This document shows, piece by piece, positions 9,052 through 18,349 of a stretch of DNA of 64,000 bases. Position numbers and translations under genes: made by a program. Under the pieces are notes generated by a model. It searched no databases. It had not been told where the DNA came from and was given only the letters and a program-made list of their open reading frames with translations. This stretch comes from Flavobacteriales bacterium (GTDB lineage Bacteria; Bacteroidota; Bacteroidia; Flavobacteriales_F; PHOS-HE28): assembly GCA_024103275.1 (NCBI GenBank), contig JAGFIV010000104.1:3779-67778 (forward strand), read 5' to 3'. Position 1 is the first letter of the stretch; each line of letters opens with the position of its first letter.

Positions 9052-10080
9052 CTATTCCCGCATGAGGAACTGGAAGCGGTCGATGTTGCGCAGTGCGATG
9101 CCGGTGCCCCGGGCCACGGCGCGCAGGGGATCCTCGCTCACATGCACGGGCAGCTTGGTCTTGATGCTGATCCGTTTGTCCAGCCCCCGCAGCAGGGCAC
9201 CTCCTCCGGCCAGGTATATACCTGTGCGGTAGATGTCTGCACTGAGCTCGGGCGGCGTGGCCTCCAAGGCGCTGAGGATGGCCTCCTCGATCTTGCTGAT
9301 GGACTTGTCCAGCGCCTGGGCGATCTCGGAGTAGGTGACGGTGATCTCCTTGGGGATGCCCGTCATCAGGTCGCGGCCGCGCACGGCATAGTCCGCCGGG
9401 GGGTCTTCCAGCTCCACCATGGCGCTGCCCACCTCGATCTTGATCTGTTCGGCGGTGCGCTCACCCACCAGGATGTTGTGCTGGCGGCGCATGTATTCCT
9501 CGATATCGTTCGTGAACTCGTCACCTGCCACGCGGATGTTCTTGTCGCACACGATGCCGCCCAGGGCGATCACCGCGATCTCGGAGGTGCCCCCGCCGAT
9601 GTCGATGATCATGTTGCCCATGGGCTCCTCCACGTCGATGCCGATGCCGATGGCCGCGGCCATGGGCTCGTGGATCAGGTAGACTTCCTTGGCCCCGGCA
9701 TGTTCGGCGCTGTCTTTCACCGCCCTTTTCTCCACCTCGGTGATGCCGCTGGGGATGCAGATCACCATGCGGATATTGGGCGTGAAGAGTTGGCGGCCCG
9801 GGTTGATCATCTTGATCATGCCCTTGATCATCTCCTCGGCGGCCTGGAAGTCGGCGATCACCCCGTCCTTCAGCGGCCGCACGGTCTTGATGTTTTCGTG
9901 GGTCTTGCCATGCATTTGTTGGGCCTGCCGGCCGATGGCGATCACCTTGCCGGTGGTGCGGTCCTTGGCCACGATGCTGGGCTCGTCCACCACCACCTTG
10001 TCATTGTGGATGATCAAGGTGTTGGCGGTGCCCAGATCGATGGCGATCTCCTGGGTGAAAAAGCTATTGAACCAGCCCAT
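9052..10080 (-). CDS. mreB: Rod shape-determining protein MreB (actin homologue)
   Basis: 342 aa, MGWFNSFFTQEIAIDLGTANTLI..., canonical MreB sequence. Confidence 0.95.
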   Translation of the reverse strand: MGWFNSFFTQEIAIDLGTANTLIIHNDKVVVDEPSIVAKDRTTGKVIAIGRQAQQMHGKTHENIKTVRPLKDGVIADFQAAEEMIKGMIKMINPGRQLFTPNIRMVICIPSGITEVEKRAVKDSAEHAGAKEVYLIHEPMAAAIGIGIDVEEPMGNMIIDIGGGTSEIAVIALGGIVCDKNIRVAGDEFTNDIEEYMRRQHNILVGERTAEQIKIEVGSAMVELEDPPADYAVRGRDLMTGIPKEITVTYSEIAQALDKSISKIEEAILSALEATPPELSADIYRTGIYLAGGGALLRGLDKRISIKTKLPVHVSEDPLRAVARGTGIALRNIDRFQFLMRE

Positions 10081-10089
10081 TCGGGGTCG

Positions 10090-11661
10090 TCAGTGTTTGA
10101 AGTGTCTGTATCCGGTGGTGCACATGGCGATGCCGAGCTTGTTGCAAGCGTCTATGCTCTCCTGGTCGCGGATGCTCCCGCCGGGTTGTACGATCGCCGT
10201 GATCCCCGCGTTTGCACCGATGGTGACGCAATCGGGGAAGGGAAAGAAGGCATCGCTGGCCATCACGGCGCCCCGCAGGTCGAATTTGAACCTGGCGGCC
10301 TTGGCAACGGCCTGCTCCAGCGCATCCACCCGGCTGGTCTGGCCGGTGCCGCTGGCCAAAAGCTGCCTGTCCTTGGCCAAGGCGATCGCGTTGCTCTTGG
10401 TGTGCTTGGCCAAAATGTTGGCAAAGAGCATGTCCCGCACCTCCCCTTCCGTGGGCTTCTTTTGCGTCACGGCCTGCAGGTCCGATGCCCTTTCCACGAC
10501 CTGGTCGGGAAGCTGGGACAAAAGGCCGTTGAGCGCAGACCGGAAACGGCGGTCGCCACGGGTGCCAACCTTCCTTTCCAGGATGACACGGTTTTTCTTT
10601 TTGCGCAAGATCTCCAGGGCATCCGGCGTGTAGCCGGAGGCACACAGGATCTCGAAGAACAAGCCGTCCATCGCGGCTGCGGTCCGGTCGTCCACCACGC
10701 TTGTGGTGACCAGCACCCCGCCGAAAGCGCTCACCGGGTCACCGGCCAATGCCGCCTCCCAGGCTTGCGGCAGCGTGGGCCGGATGGCCGCCCCGCATGC
10801 GTTGTTGTGCTTCAGGATGGCGAAGGGAGCTTCATCCCCGTCCTTGGCCAGCAGGGCCAAGTCGTCGATCAAAGCGGTGGCCGCATCCAGGTCCAACAGG
10901 TTGTTGTAGCTCAGTTCCTTGCCATTGAGCTGCACGAACATCCCGTCCAGGTCGCCGATGAAGCTGGCCGGTTGGTGCGGGTTTTCGCCGTAGCGCAGGA
11001 CGTGGATGGGTTGCCCAGCCAGCCGGGGAACACTGGCTGCCGCGTCGAACCCGTGGAACCAGGCGTTGATCGCGCGGTCATACCGGGCGGTCTCACCGAA
11101 GGCCTTGCGCGCGAATGCCAGCCGCTGGGCACCGGTCGTGGCACCGTCCTGCTCCCGCAGGAGGCTTAGCACTTCATCATAGTCGCGCTGGGCGGGCACC
11201 ACCAACACGTCGCCGTGGTTCTTGGCCGCGGCACGGATCAGCGACACGCCCCCGATGTCGATCTTCTCGATGATCTCCTCCTCGGTGCCGCCCGACGCCA
11301 CGGTGGCCTCAAACGGGTAGAGATCCACGACCACCATGTCCATCGGCGGAATGGCGTGTTCCTCCATTTGGGCCACATCACCCGCCACGCCACGTCGGGC
11401 CAGGATACCCCCGAAGACCTTCGGGTGCAGTGTCTTCACCCGCCCGCCCAGAATGCTGGGGTAACCGGTAAGGTCCTCCACGGCGGACACCGGTATGCCC
11501 AAGCCTTCGATGAATGACCTGGTGCCGCCCGTGCTGTACAGGGTCACCTTCAACCGGTGCAGTTCACGCACCAAAGGTTCCAGTCCGTTCTTGTCGAATA
11601 CGGAAATCAACGCGCTATGGATCCGCCTCCTGTTCTCAGCCATCCCGCCGGGGTTGCGCAA
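10090..11661 (-). CDS. purH: Bifunctional AICAR formyltransferase / IMP cyclohydrolase PurH
   Basis: 523 aa. …RRIHSALISVFDKNGL… MGS-like and AICARFT domains. An alternative ATG at 11643 (MAENRRR…) is also plausible. Confidence 0.95.
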   Translation of the reverse strand: MRNPGGMAENRRRIHSALISVFDKNGLEPLVRELHRLKVTLYSTGGTRSFIEGLGIPVSAVEDLTGYPSILGGRVKTLHPKVFGGILARRGVAGDVAQMEEHAIPPMDMVVVDLYPFEATVASGGTEEEIIEKIDIGGVSLIRAAAKNHGDVLVVPAQRDYDEVLSLLREQDGATTGAQRLAFARKAFGETARYDRAINAWFHGFDAAASVPRLAGQPIHVLRYGENPHQPASFIGDLDGMFVQLNGKELSYNNLLDLDAATALIDDLALLAKDGDEAPFAILKHNNACGAAIRPTLPQAWEAALAGDPVSAFGGVLVTTSVVDDRTAAAMDGLFFEILCASGYTPDALEILRKKKNRVILERKVGTRGDRRFRSALNGLLSQLPDQVVERASDLQAVTQKKPTEGEVRDMLFANILAKHTKSNAIALAKDRQLLASGTGQTSRVDALEQAVAKAARFKFDLRGAVMASDAFFPFPDCVTIGANAGITAIVQPGGSIRDQESIDACNKLGIAMCTTGYRHFKH

Positions 11662-11792
11662 GTTTACCGGTCAGGAATGAATAAAGGCCGCCCGGCCCAA
11701 CTGCTTTTCAGCCCGTTTACCAACATTTTGCGGACGGTCGGCGGTGGCCGGCGCATGGGGTCGCCCGCCAACGGCACATAACACCGGTGCCG

Positions 11793-12470
11793 TCAGAAGC
11801 GCAAGCCCACGCCCAACAACAGGTTCAGTGTACCGGTCGTGCTCTGCAGCGTGGAAAAGGCCACATTGCCCTGCCCATCGATGGCGATGGATCCGGGATC
11901 CACGTATTCCGCCTTGCCGCTGTACATGCGTTCCACGCGGGCCTCCAGGTACGCGGTTCCGCCAAGGCCCACCATCAACCCGGCCGCCCAGCCACTGCTC
12001 AATACCATGTCATCGCTGTGGCGGCTGCGTTGCACGGCCCCGCCGGTCCCGTCCACCGTAATGTTGCTCTTGGTGCTGAAATGGCGCAGGCCCACCATGC
12101 CCTCGACATACGGGCGCACCGGCCCCTTGAGCGGGCTGAAGCGCAGCAAGGGATGGTAGCTCAGCACTTTCTCCGTCAAGGCTATGCGCCCCTCGGTGGG
12201 GACCTGCACGGCATCCATGACCACGACCTTGCTCGTCTTGCGGCCCATGATGCCATAGTCGAAGGCAAAACCAAGTTGGAACGGGAGGCGCTTGGCCGGG
12301 AGCGTCAGTACACCGCCGAAGGTGAACATGCCGCGGCCCATGGTATCGGCATAGCCCCCCAGCGGGATGCCGGCCCCGATAGTGGCACCCACGGATCCTT
12401 GGTAGCCACCGGTTTGGCCCAAGGTCGTGGCCGTGATCAACAAGGCGGGAATGAGGGTGAGTTTGTACAT
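11793..12470 (-). CDS. Small outer-membrane beta-barrel protein (porin-family/OmpW-like)
   Basis: Real start at internal MYKLTLIPALLITATTLGQ (signal peptide; residue 194 of track ORF 11793-13049). Gly/aromatic-rich alternating strands, C-terminal ...LLGVGLRF. The upstream part of the track ORF is antisense of yqaA. Confidence 0.7.
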   Translation of the reverse strand: MYKLTLIPALLITATTLGQTGGYQGSVGATIGAGIPLGGYADTMGRGMFTFGGVLTLPAKRLPFQLGFAFDYGIMGRKTSKVVVMDAVQVPTEGRIALTEKVLSYHPLLRFSPLKGPVRPYVEGMVGLRHFSTKSNITVDGTGGAVQRSRHSDDMVLSSGWAAGLMVGLGGTAYLEARVERMYSGKAEYVDPGSIAIDGQGNVAFSTLQSTTGTLNLLLGVGLRF

Positions 12471-12530
12471 CGGGATGGGTGTTGACCGCATTTCTTCCGA
12501 TCCCGTGCCAAACTTCGGATCTTCGCGCCC

Positions 12531-12977
12531 ATGGAGCTTTTCACGGGCTGGGCGGATGCCGGCCTGCCCGCCCTTTTCGCCGCCTGCTTCCTGGCGGCCA
12601 CCATCCTGCCGTTCAGTTCGGAGGCGCTGCTGGCCGCCATGGCCTTGGGGCCGTGGAGCAGCTTGGCGTTGTTGACCGTGGCCAGCGTCGGGAATACGCT
12701 CGGGGGGCTCACCAACTACGGCATCGGCCGCTGGCTGCCGGAAGGAAGACTGATGCGGTGGCTGCGCGTGGACCCGGCCAAGGCCCAACGCTGGCACGCC
12801 TTGGTGCAGCGCCGCGGGGCCTGGGCCGCGCTGCTTTGTTGGCTGCCCGTGGTGGGCGATCCCATCGCCATCGCCCTGGGCATGTTCCGTGCTCCTTTCC
12901 TGCCGGTATCGGCACTGATGTTCATCGGCAAGGCCGCGCGTTATACCGTGGTGATCGCGGCGCTGCGCGGTTGGTAG
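12531..12977 (+). CDS. yqaA: YqaA-family inner-membrane protein (DedA-related, SNARE-associated domain)
   Basis: 148 aa. Motifs nearly collinear with E. coli YqaA (…FLAATILPFSSEALLAAM…GNTLGGLTNYGIGRW…LCWLPVVGD…KAARYTVVIAAL…). Confidence 0.75.
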   Translation: MELFTGWADAGLPALFAACFLAATILPFSSEALLAAMALGPWSSLALLTVASVGNTLGGLTNYGIGRWLPEGRLMRWLRVDPAKAQRWHALVQRRGAWAALLCWLPVVGDPIAIALGMFRAPFLPVSALMFIGKAARYTVVIAALRGW

Positions 12978-13085
12978 TTCCATGCGTTCACCTGGCGATG
13001 ATGCGGACTTCACGTACCGGTAACATGGCACCCGGCCGGAATTCGTCACTTTGCAGTGCGATCCGTGTGGATGCTTGCAGCTGAA

Positions 13086-13760
13086 ATGGCCAAGAAAGTA
13101 TTACTGGTGGATGATGAGGAGGACATCCTGGACCTCCTGAAGTACAACCTGGAGCGTGAGGGGATCCTCGTGTTCACCGCCAAGGACGGGGCCGAAGCGT
13201 TGCGAATGGCCAGGAAGGAGCAGCCCGACCTGGTGGTGCTGGACATCATGATGCCGGGCATGGACGGTGTGGAGACCTGCGGCCAATTGCGCCGCACACC
13301 CGGCCTGGAGCATGTGCTCATCGCCTTCCTCACCGCGCGCACCGAGGACTATTCCCACATCGCGGGCTATGAGGCCGGTGCGGACGATTACATCAACAAG
13401 CCCGTGCGGCCAAAGGTCTTCGTCTCCAAGGTGCAGGCGCTGCTGAAACGCACCGGCACGTCTGCACCGGCAAGCCCCGTGCTCGAGTCGAACGGGATCC
13501 GGGTGGACCTGGAGCGTGTTACCGTGGAAAAGGGGAACGAGGTGCTGCAGCTGCCGAAGAAGGAGTTCGAGCTGCTGGCCCTGCTGATGAGCAAGCCGGG
13601 CAAGGTCTTCCTGCGGGAGGAGATCTATTCGCGCGTCTGGGGCAACGACATCATCGTGGGCGACCGCACCATCGATGTGCACATCCGGAAGCTGCGCGAG
13701 AAGATCGGGGACGACCGTATCGGCACGGTGAAGGGCATGGGCTACAAGTTCGAGGCCTGA
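13086..13760 (+). CDS. OmpR/PhoB-family response regulator (receiver + winged-helix)
   Basis: Start at MAKKVLLVDDEEDILDL (residue 11 of track ORF). …LVVLDIMMPGMDG… and winged-helix C-terminus …GMGYKFEA. Confidence 0.9.
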   Translation: MAKKVLLVDDEEDILDLLKYNLEREGILVFTAKDGAEALRMARKEQPDLVVLDIMMPGMDGVETCGQLRRTPGLEHVLIAFLTARTEDYSHIAGYEAGADDYINKPVRPKVFVSKVQALLKRTGTSAPASPVLESNGIRVDLERVTVEKGNEVLQLPKKEFELLALLMSKPGKVFLREEIYSRVWGNDIIVGDRTIDVHIRKLREKIGDDRIGTVKGMGYKFEA

Positions 13761-13796
13761 TGCTGCACGAAGGACCGACGGTCAGAAGAGGATAAC

Positions 13797-13851
13797 TGCT
13801 TTACCTCCCTCACCTCCCTTACTTCCCTTACCTGCCTTTCTTCTCTCCTCC
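13797..13851. repeat. Polypyrimidine tract with four degenerate tandem 9-mers (ttacctccc / tcacctccc / ttacttccc / ttacctgcc) then tttcttctctcctcc
   Basis: Read directly in the convergent spacer between the response regulator and nptA. Confidence 0.5.
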
Positions 13852-13860
13852 AAAGCGCTC

Positions 13861-15552
13861 TCAAGCCCGCCCGGCCAAGGCTTCCGAGACGTGGAGCAGA
13901 TGCCCGGCCAGGCGATTACCGCCGTTCACGAGGTCCGATATGATCAGGCCCGCACGGATGTCCTGTTCCTCGCTGCCTTGGTGGTTCACCAGGTCCAAGC
14001 TGAGCTGGCCGCACAGGCGCCGCACCTTCTGCACGGCAAGTGTGGCCTCGTCCAGGGCCGGTGCGCCCTGATCCGCTTCCAGGTTTTGCAACATGGTGCG
14101 GCACGCCTGGTCCAGCAAATTGATGAGGCCGATCAATTCCTGCCGCTGCCCGGGCGCGAACCAGAGGCGTTCATCCGCCTTGCGTTGCAGCGTCCGGCTC
14201 ATTTGGAAGAGGATGTCGCCGGCCTGTTCCAGGTCGCGCGTGATGGCAAGCATGGCCCGGATGCGCAGGCTGTCCGCCTCGTCGCGCACGGCGGTGGCGG
14301 TGCGTGCCAGGAAGCGGTCCACCTCCACTTCCATGCGGTCGGTGATGGTCTCGTACTTGGCGAGGCGCTGCATCAGTACGGCACGTGCAAGGGGTTCGTT
14401 CTCGGTGAGCAGCTCGCGCACCATGCCCAGCATGCGCTGGCAGGTGCGGCCCAGCTTGGCGATCTCTTTGCGCGCCTCGGCCAGCGAAAGTTCCGGGGCG
14501 ATCGCCGTCACCGGATCCTCGATGTAGGCCAGGCGGTGCCGCTCCTCGGCATCGTCGCTGGCGGGCACCAGGCGTGCCGCGGCCTTCTCGATCCAGGGGA
14601 TGAACTGCAGCAACAGCAGGCCGTTCAGCAGGTTGAAGCCCACATGCAGGTAGGCCAGCGCCCATTTCAGCGCATCGGGGTCGGTGAAGGGGTCTCCGCC
14701 GTTCCAACGCTCCGTGAGCACGCCGATGCCCAGCAGGATCGGCTTGAACAGCAGCAGTGCCCAGGCCACGCCGATGAGCTTGATCAGCAGGTGGGCCCGC
14801 GCCGCGCGCTTCGCCCACGCATTGCCGGCCAGCGCCGCGATGTTGGCGATGAAGGTGGTGCCGATGTTCTCGCCCAGCACCAGGGCCGCGCCCGTGGCGT
14901 AGTCGATGGTGCCGGCCTGGCACAGCGCCAGGGTGATCACCAGGGCTACACTGGAGGATTGCACCAGCAGGGCCAGCACCGCCCCGACGGCGATGAAGGC
15001 CAGGTGCGAGAGCACGCCCATGCCCTGCACGGCCTGCAGGAAGGACAGGCTTTCCGCGCCGGGCGGCGGCAGGTTGTCCTTCAGCAGCGCGAACGCCAGG
15101 AAGAGCAGCGCCGTGCCCACCAGCAGATGGCTGGCGGGGCGTGCACGCTGGCCGCGCATCAGCAGCAGCGGCAGGGCCAGCGCCAGCAGGGGGCCGGCGA
15201 TCACCGTGAGGTCCAGCGCGGAGAAGCCCACCGCCGCGAAGAGCAGCAGCTTCACCGTGGTGCCGATGTTGGCGCCGATCAGCACCGGGATGGCCTTGCG
15301 CAACGTGAGCAGCCCGGAGTTGACGAAGCTGACCACCAACACGGACACCACCGAGGAGTACTGCATCAGCAACGTGGTGGCGAAGCCGGTGGACACCCCC
15401 CGCAGCCGGTCCGCCGTGAGGGTGTGCAGCGCGCGGAGCATGCGCCGGCCCGCCACCTGCTGCAGGCTTTCGCTCATCAGCTTCATGCTGAAGAGGAGCA
15501 GGCCCAGGGCGCCGGCCAGCATCACCGCGTGCAGCAGGTTGAAGTCCGTCAT
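13861..15552 (-). CDS. nptA: Na+/phosphate cotransporter (NptA family) with C-terminal PhoU-like domain
   Basis: 563 aa. Two Na_Pi_cotrans repeats (…GANIGTT…, …GENIGTT…) and a C-terminal helical PhoU-like region (…RMLGMVRELL…). Confidence 0.85.
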   Translation of the reverse strand: MTDFNLLHAVMLAGALGLLLFSMKLMSESLQQVAGRRMLRALHTLTADRLRGVSTGFATTLLMQYSSVVSVLVVSFVNSGLLTLRKAIPVLIGANIGTTVKLLLFAAVGFSALDLTVIAGPLLALALPLLLMRGQRARPASHLLVGTALLFLAFALLKDNLPPPGAESLSFLQAVQGMGVLSHLAFIAVGAVLALLVQSSSVALVITLALCQAGTIDYATGAALVLGENIGTTFIANIAALAGNAWAKRAARAHLLIKLIGVAWALLLFKPILLGIGVLTERWNGGDPFTDPDALKWALAYLHVGFNLLNGLLLLQFIPWIEKAAARLVPASDDAEERHRLAYIEDPVTAIAPELSLAEARKEIAKLGRTCQRMLGMVRELLTENEPLARAVLMQRLAKYETITDRMEVEVDRFLARTATAVRDEADSLRIRAMLAITRDLEQAGDILFQMSRTLQRKADERLWFAPGQRQELIGLINLLDQACRTMLQNLEADQGAPALDEATLAVQKVRRLCGQLSLDLVNHQGSEEQDIRAGLIISDLVNGGNRLAGHLLHVSEALAGRA

Positions 15553-15670
15553 CGTGCGAAAGCAGGCGAAAGTACCCCGGCCATGTTGCCTGCACGTTAA
15601 GTCGTGGAAACTTCCCTCGCCCTACGGAAACAAGGGTTTGCGGTCTTGCGATGGGCTATTTTCGCGCCGC

Positions 15671-16690
15671 ATGCATAGCCGCTCCCCGGATCGGATCGCT
15701 TGGATGGTGGCGGGATTGTCCGCCGTTGCTGCGGCACCGGTGCTGCACTTCATCGCGCACCTGCAGGCTTGGCAGTTGCTGGCGGTGGCCGCAACGGTGT
15801 TCGCCATGGCGTTCCTGGCCAGCCGGCTGCTGGTGAAGCGCTTCGTGCAGGAACGGGTGGAGCTGATCCACCGCACCGTGCATGAGGCGCGCAGCGGGCG
15901 TGGCAGCACCGGTGCCGCACCCCCGCCGGACCTGGCCCGCGTGGGCGAGGAGGTGGGTGCATGGGCCGAGGAGAAGCGCCGCGAGGTGGCGGAGCTGAAG
16001 GAACGCGAACGGTTCCGGCGCGAGTTCATCGGCAACCTGGCGCATGAGCTGCGCACACCGATCTTCAGCATCCAGGGCTACATCCTCACGCTGCTGGAGG
16101 GCGGGCTGGAGGACCCCAAGGTGAACCGCTCCTTCCTGCAACGGGCCAGCGCGGGCACGGAGCGCATGATCCGCATCGTGGAGGACCTGGACGTGATCGC
16201 GCGCCTGGAAAGCGGCGTGCTCGGCGTGGAGGCCGTGCCCATGGACCTGCAAGCCGCGGTGGACGGGACCTTGCATGAACTGGCCCGGTTGGCGAAGGGC
16301 CGCAGCATCCGCCTGAACAACAAGGTGCCCGATGATTGCCGGGTGCTGGCCGACCGCGACCGTGTGGCGCAGGTGATCTCCAACCTCGTGGGCAATGCCA
16401 TCCACTACGGCAAGGAGGGCGGGCAGTGCACGGTGCAGGCCTTCGACCTCGGCGAGCAGGTGCTGGTGGAAGTGGCGGATGATGGACCGGGCATCGCGGC
16501 GGAGCACTTGCCGCGCCTCTTCGAGCGCTTTTACCGCGTGGGCCAAAGCCGTGCGCGCAATGAAGGCGGCTCGGGCCTAGGCCTGGCCATCGTGAAGCAC
16601 ATCGTGGAATCGCACGGCGGAACCATCACGGTGCGCAGCACGGTGGGCGCGGGAACCACCTTCAGTTTCACCCTGCCCAAGGCCCGGTGA
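15671..16690 (+). CDS. PhoR-like sensor histidine kinase (no periplasmic sensing domain)
   Basis: Real start MHSRSPDRIAWMVAGL (residue 256 of track ORF 14906-16690, whose N-terminal part is antisense of nptA). HisKA FIGNLAHELRTPIFSIQGYI. HATPase …GGSGLGLAIVKHIVESHGG…. Confidence 0.85.
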   Translation: MHSRSPDRIAWMVAGLSAVAAAPVLHFIAHLQAWQLLAVAATVFAMAFLASRLLVKRFVQERVELIHRTVHEARSGRGSTGAAPPPDLARVGEEVGAWAEEKRREVAELKERERFRREFIGNLAHELRTPIFSIQGYILTLLEGGLEDPKVNRSFLQRASAGTERMIRIVEDLDVIARLESGVLGVEAVPMDLQAAVDGTLHELARLAKGRSIRLNNKVPDDCRVLADRDRVAQVISNLVGNAIHYGKEGGQCTVQAFDLGEQVLVEVADDGPGIAAEHLPRLFERFYRVGQSRARNEGGSGLGLAIVKHIVESHGGTITVRSTVGAGTTFSFTLPKAR

Positions 16691-16707
16691 TCACGGATCC
16701 ATCCAAT

Positions 16708-16735
16708 GCAAAAGGGCCGCCCGGAGGCAGCCCTA
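16708..16735 (-). terminator. Intrinsic terminator of the beta-helix lipoprotein gene (hairpin gggctgcc-tccg-ggcggccc + UUUUG on the minus-strand RNA)
   Basis: Plus strand reads caaaagggccgcccggaggcagccc. Lies immediately downstream of the stop at 16756. Confidence 0.5.
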
Positions 16736-16755
16736 TCGCTTGGGATGGTGTTTGC

Positions 16756-18180
16756 TCAGTAGGCCGTGTTCTGCGGGTCCCAGTTGCACCAGCCGCTGGT
16801 CCAGTCCTCCGTGCCGAAGGCACCCTTGAAGGCCACTTGGGTGAAGAACGGATCGGCCGCGTTGCCGCTGAAGTCCGCGCCGCTGAGCAGGGGCGAACCG
16901 CCGTTGGGCAGCAGCGCGGGGGCGTTCAAGGTCAGCGGGGTGGTCAGTTGGAGGTCGCTCACATTGGCCAGCATGCTGTTGCCCCAGCCCGCGGTGTTGA
17001 ACCAAGTGCTCACGTCGAAGGTGCTGCCCGAGGCGGTGGAGAGCGGTGTGGTGCAGCCGGCCACCGTGCTGCCGCGCACCAGCAGGATGTTGTTCGTGGC
17101 GTTGGCCTCCGAGGCGGAACCGTCCACCAGCAGGCCGGTGGGGTAGCCCGCCCACACCGTGTTGTAGGCGTTCAGGCGGCTGTTGCGGCGGATGTGCGCG
17201 GCGCGCTTGAACTGCGTGTTGGGCGTGCCGCCGTTCACCGCGTAGGGCCCGTAGAAGGTCACGTTGCTGAACACCGGCATGGTGAAGGGCTCGGCCGTGG
17301 TGCCGCTGGCATCATTGTCGCTCTCGAAGCCGTTGCTGCCGCTCTGGTCGGCGATGGCCGGATCGACCACGGAAAGGGCGAACTGCACCTTGCCGCGGTA
17401 GCCGTTGTCGGTGTCGAAGCTGTCGTCCCAGCCGCGGAAGGCAACGATGTTCTTCATGTTCACCGAACCACCGAACCATTCGTAGCTGTCATCGCCGCAG
17501 TGGCTCACCTGGATGTGGTCGATGGTGGTGCCGCTGCCCACGGAGCCGAGCGTCAGGCCGTTGATCTCCTGGTTGGGCTGCAGCGCGATGCCGGGGAACT
17601 CGATGCGCACGTAGCGCAGCACCCCGCTGTTGTCCGCGTCGTTGGGGCTGCTGCCACCGCCGTGGTAGGCATCCGGGCCGCCTTCCACGATCGCCTCGCC
17701 GCCGGGTTGGTTGTTGCTGGCGCGCCCGCAGATGATGATGCCGCCCCAATCGCCGTAATCGCGGCTGCCGGCGGGCTGGTTGCTGGTGAACACGATCGGT
17801 TGTGCGCTGGTGCCATCCGCGTGGATCTTCGCTCCGCGCTTGATGATCAGCGTGCCCTTGCTGTCCTTGTCGCCCTTGATCACCGTGCCCGGCTCAATGG
17901 TCAGCGTGGCGCCGCTTTCCACGTACACGAAGCCTTGCAGCAGCCACTTCTTGTCGCTGGTGAAGGTGTAGTTGCCCGCCGTGCTGCCTTCCACGCGGAT
18001 GGTGTTGTTGCCGATATCGGTGGTGGTGAACACCGAGGCCGAGGGCGTTTCCGGCGTTGCGATCTCGTCATCGTCCTTCTTGCAGCCGGTGGCGGACAGC
18101 AGTGTGCCGCCGATCAGCAGGGCCCAGAGGGAGCGGTTTTTCAATAGGTCCATGGTCGTCTTCAGTTTGTAGCGTTTCAT
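16756..18180 (-). CDS. Lipoprotein with predicted right-handed parallel beta-helix repeats; function unknown
   Basis: MKRYKLKTTMDLLKNRSLWALLIGGTLLSATGC lipobox. Repetitive G/T/N/D-rich beta-helix-like segments (…IQVSHCGDDSYEWFGG…). Confidence 0.7.
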   Translation of the reverse strand: MKRYKLKTTMDLLKNRSLWALLIGGTLLSATGCKKDDDEIATPETPSASVFTTTDIGNNTIRVEGSTAGNYTFTSDKKWLLQGFVYVESGATLTIEPGTVIKGDKDSKGTLIIKRGAKIHADGTSAQPIVFTSNQPAGSRDYGDWGGIIICGRASNNQPGGEAIVEGGPDAYHGGGSSPNDADNSGVLRYVRIEFPGIALQPNQEINGLTLGSVGSGTTIDHIQVSHCGDDSYEWFGGSVNMKNIVAFRGWDDSFDTDNGYRGKVQFALSVVDPAIADQSGSNGFESDNDASGTTAEPFTMPVFSNVTFYGPYAVNGGTPNTQFKRAAHIRRNSRLNAYNTVWAGYPTGLLVDGSASEANATNNILLVRGSTVAGCTTPLSTASGSTFDVSTWFNTAGWGNSMLANVSDLQLTTPLTLNAPALLPNGGSPLLSGADFSGNAADPFFTQVAFKGAFGTEDWTSGWCNWDPQNTAY

Positions 18181-18314
18181 GCCGCAAAGGGACCATGTGA
18201 TCATTGCCGGGGCTTCAGCCGTGGCTTAAGAGATCGTTTCCGAAGGTGAACGTTGTGTTACCGTGCCAAGCACCGTGGTAGGGAGAAGTTGGTTCCATGC
18301 GAATTCAAATAAAG

Positions 18315-18326
18315 TTAGTCGGCTAA
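18315..18326. promoter_or_regulatory. Palindrome TTAGtcggCTAA in marR promoter - candidate MarR auto-operator
   Basis: Inverted repeat TTAG-N4-CTAA, 24 bp upstream of marR ATG. Same architecture as the site at 18787-18800. Confidence 0.4.
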
Positions 18327-18337
18327 ATAAAAACACC

Positions 18338-18345
18338 TATGTTTG
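18338..18345 (+). promoter_or_regulatory. -7 promoter element TATGTTTG (TAnnTTTG) 4 nt upstream of marR ATG - implies a leaderless or near-leaderless transcript
   Basis: Exact consensus match. The surrounding region is visibly AT-richer. Confidence 0.4.
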
Positions 18346-18349
18346 CGGC

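Noticed and set aside
8869-11169. 766-aa + ORF spanning mreC/mreB/purH
   Set aside because: Antisense of three solidly identified genes.
13797-13851. CRISPR array
   Set aside because: The only tandem repeats in the window are four degenerate 9-mers with no spacers. No cas genes. Not a CRISPR.
13891-15600. 569-aa + ORF and 474-aa minus ORF (14171-15595) over nptA
   Set aside because: Shadow and alternative frame of the Na/Pi cotransporter. Arg/His/Gln/Gly-rich.
15553-15670. Possible Pho-box in the nptA / phoR-like divergent spacer (two GGAAAC direct repeats ~22 bp apart)
   Set aside because: Only two short hexamer copies. No established Pho-box consensus for this lineage, so too weak to call.
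16687-18147. 486-aa + ORF
   Set aside because: Antisense of the beta-helix lipoprotein gene. Low-complexity Ala/Gly/Val/Arg translation.
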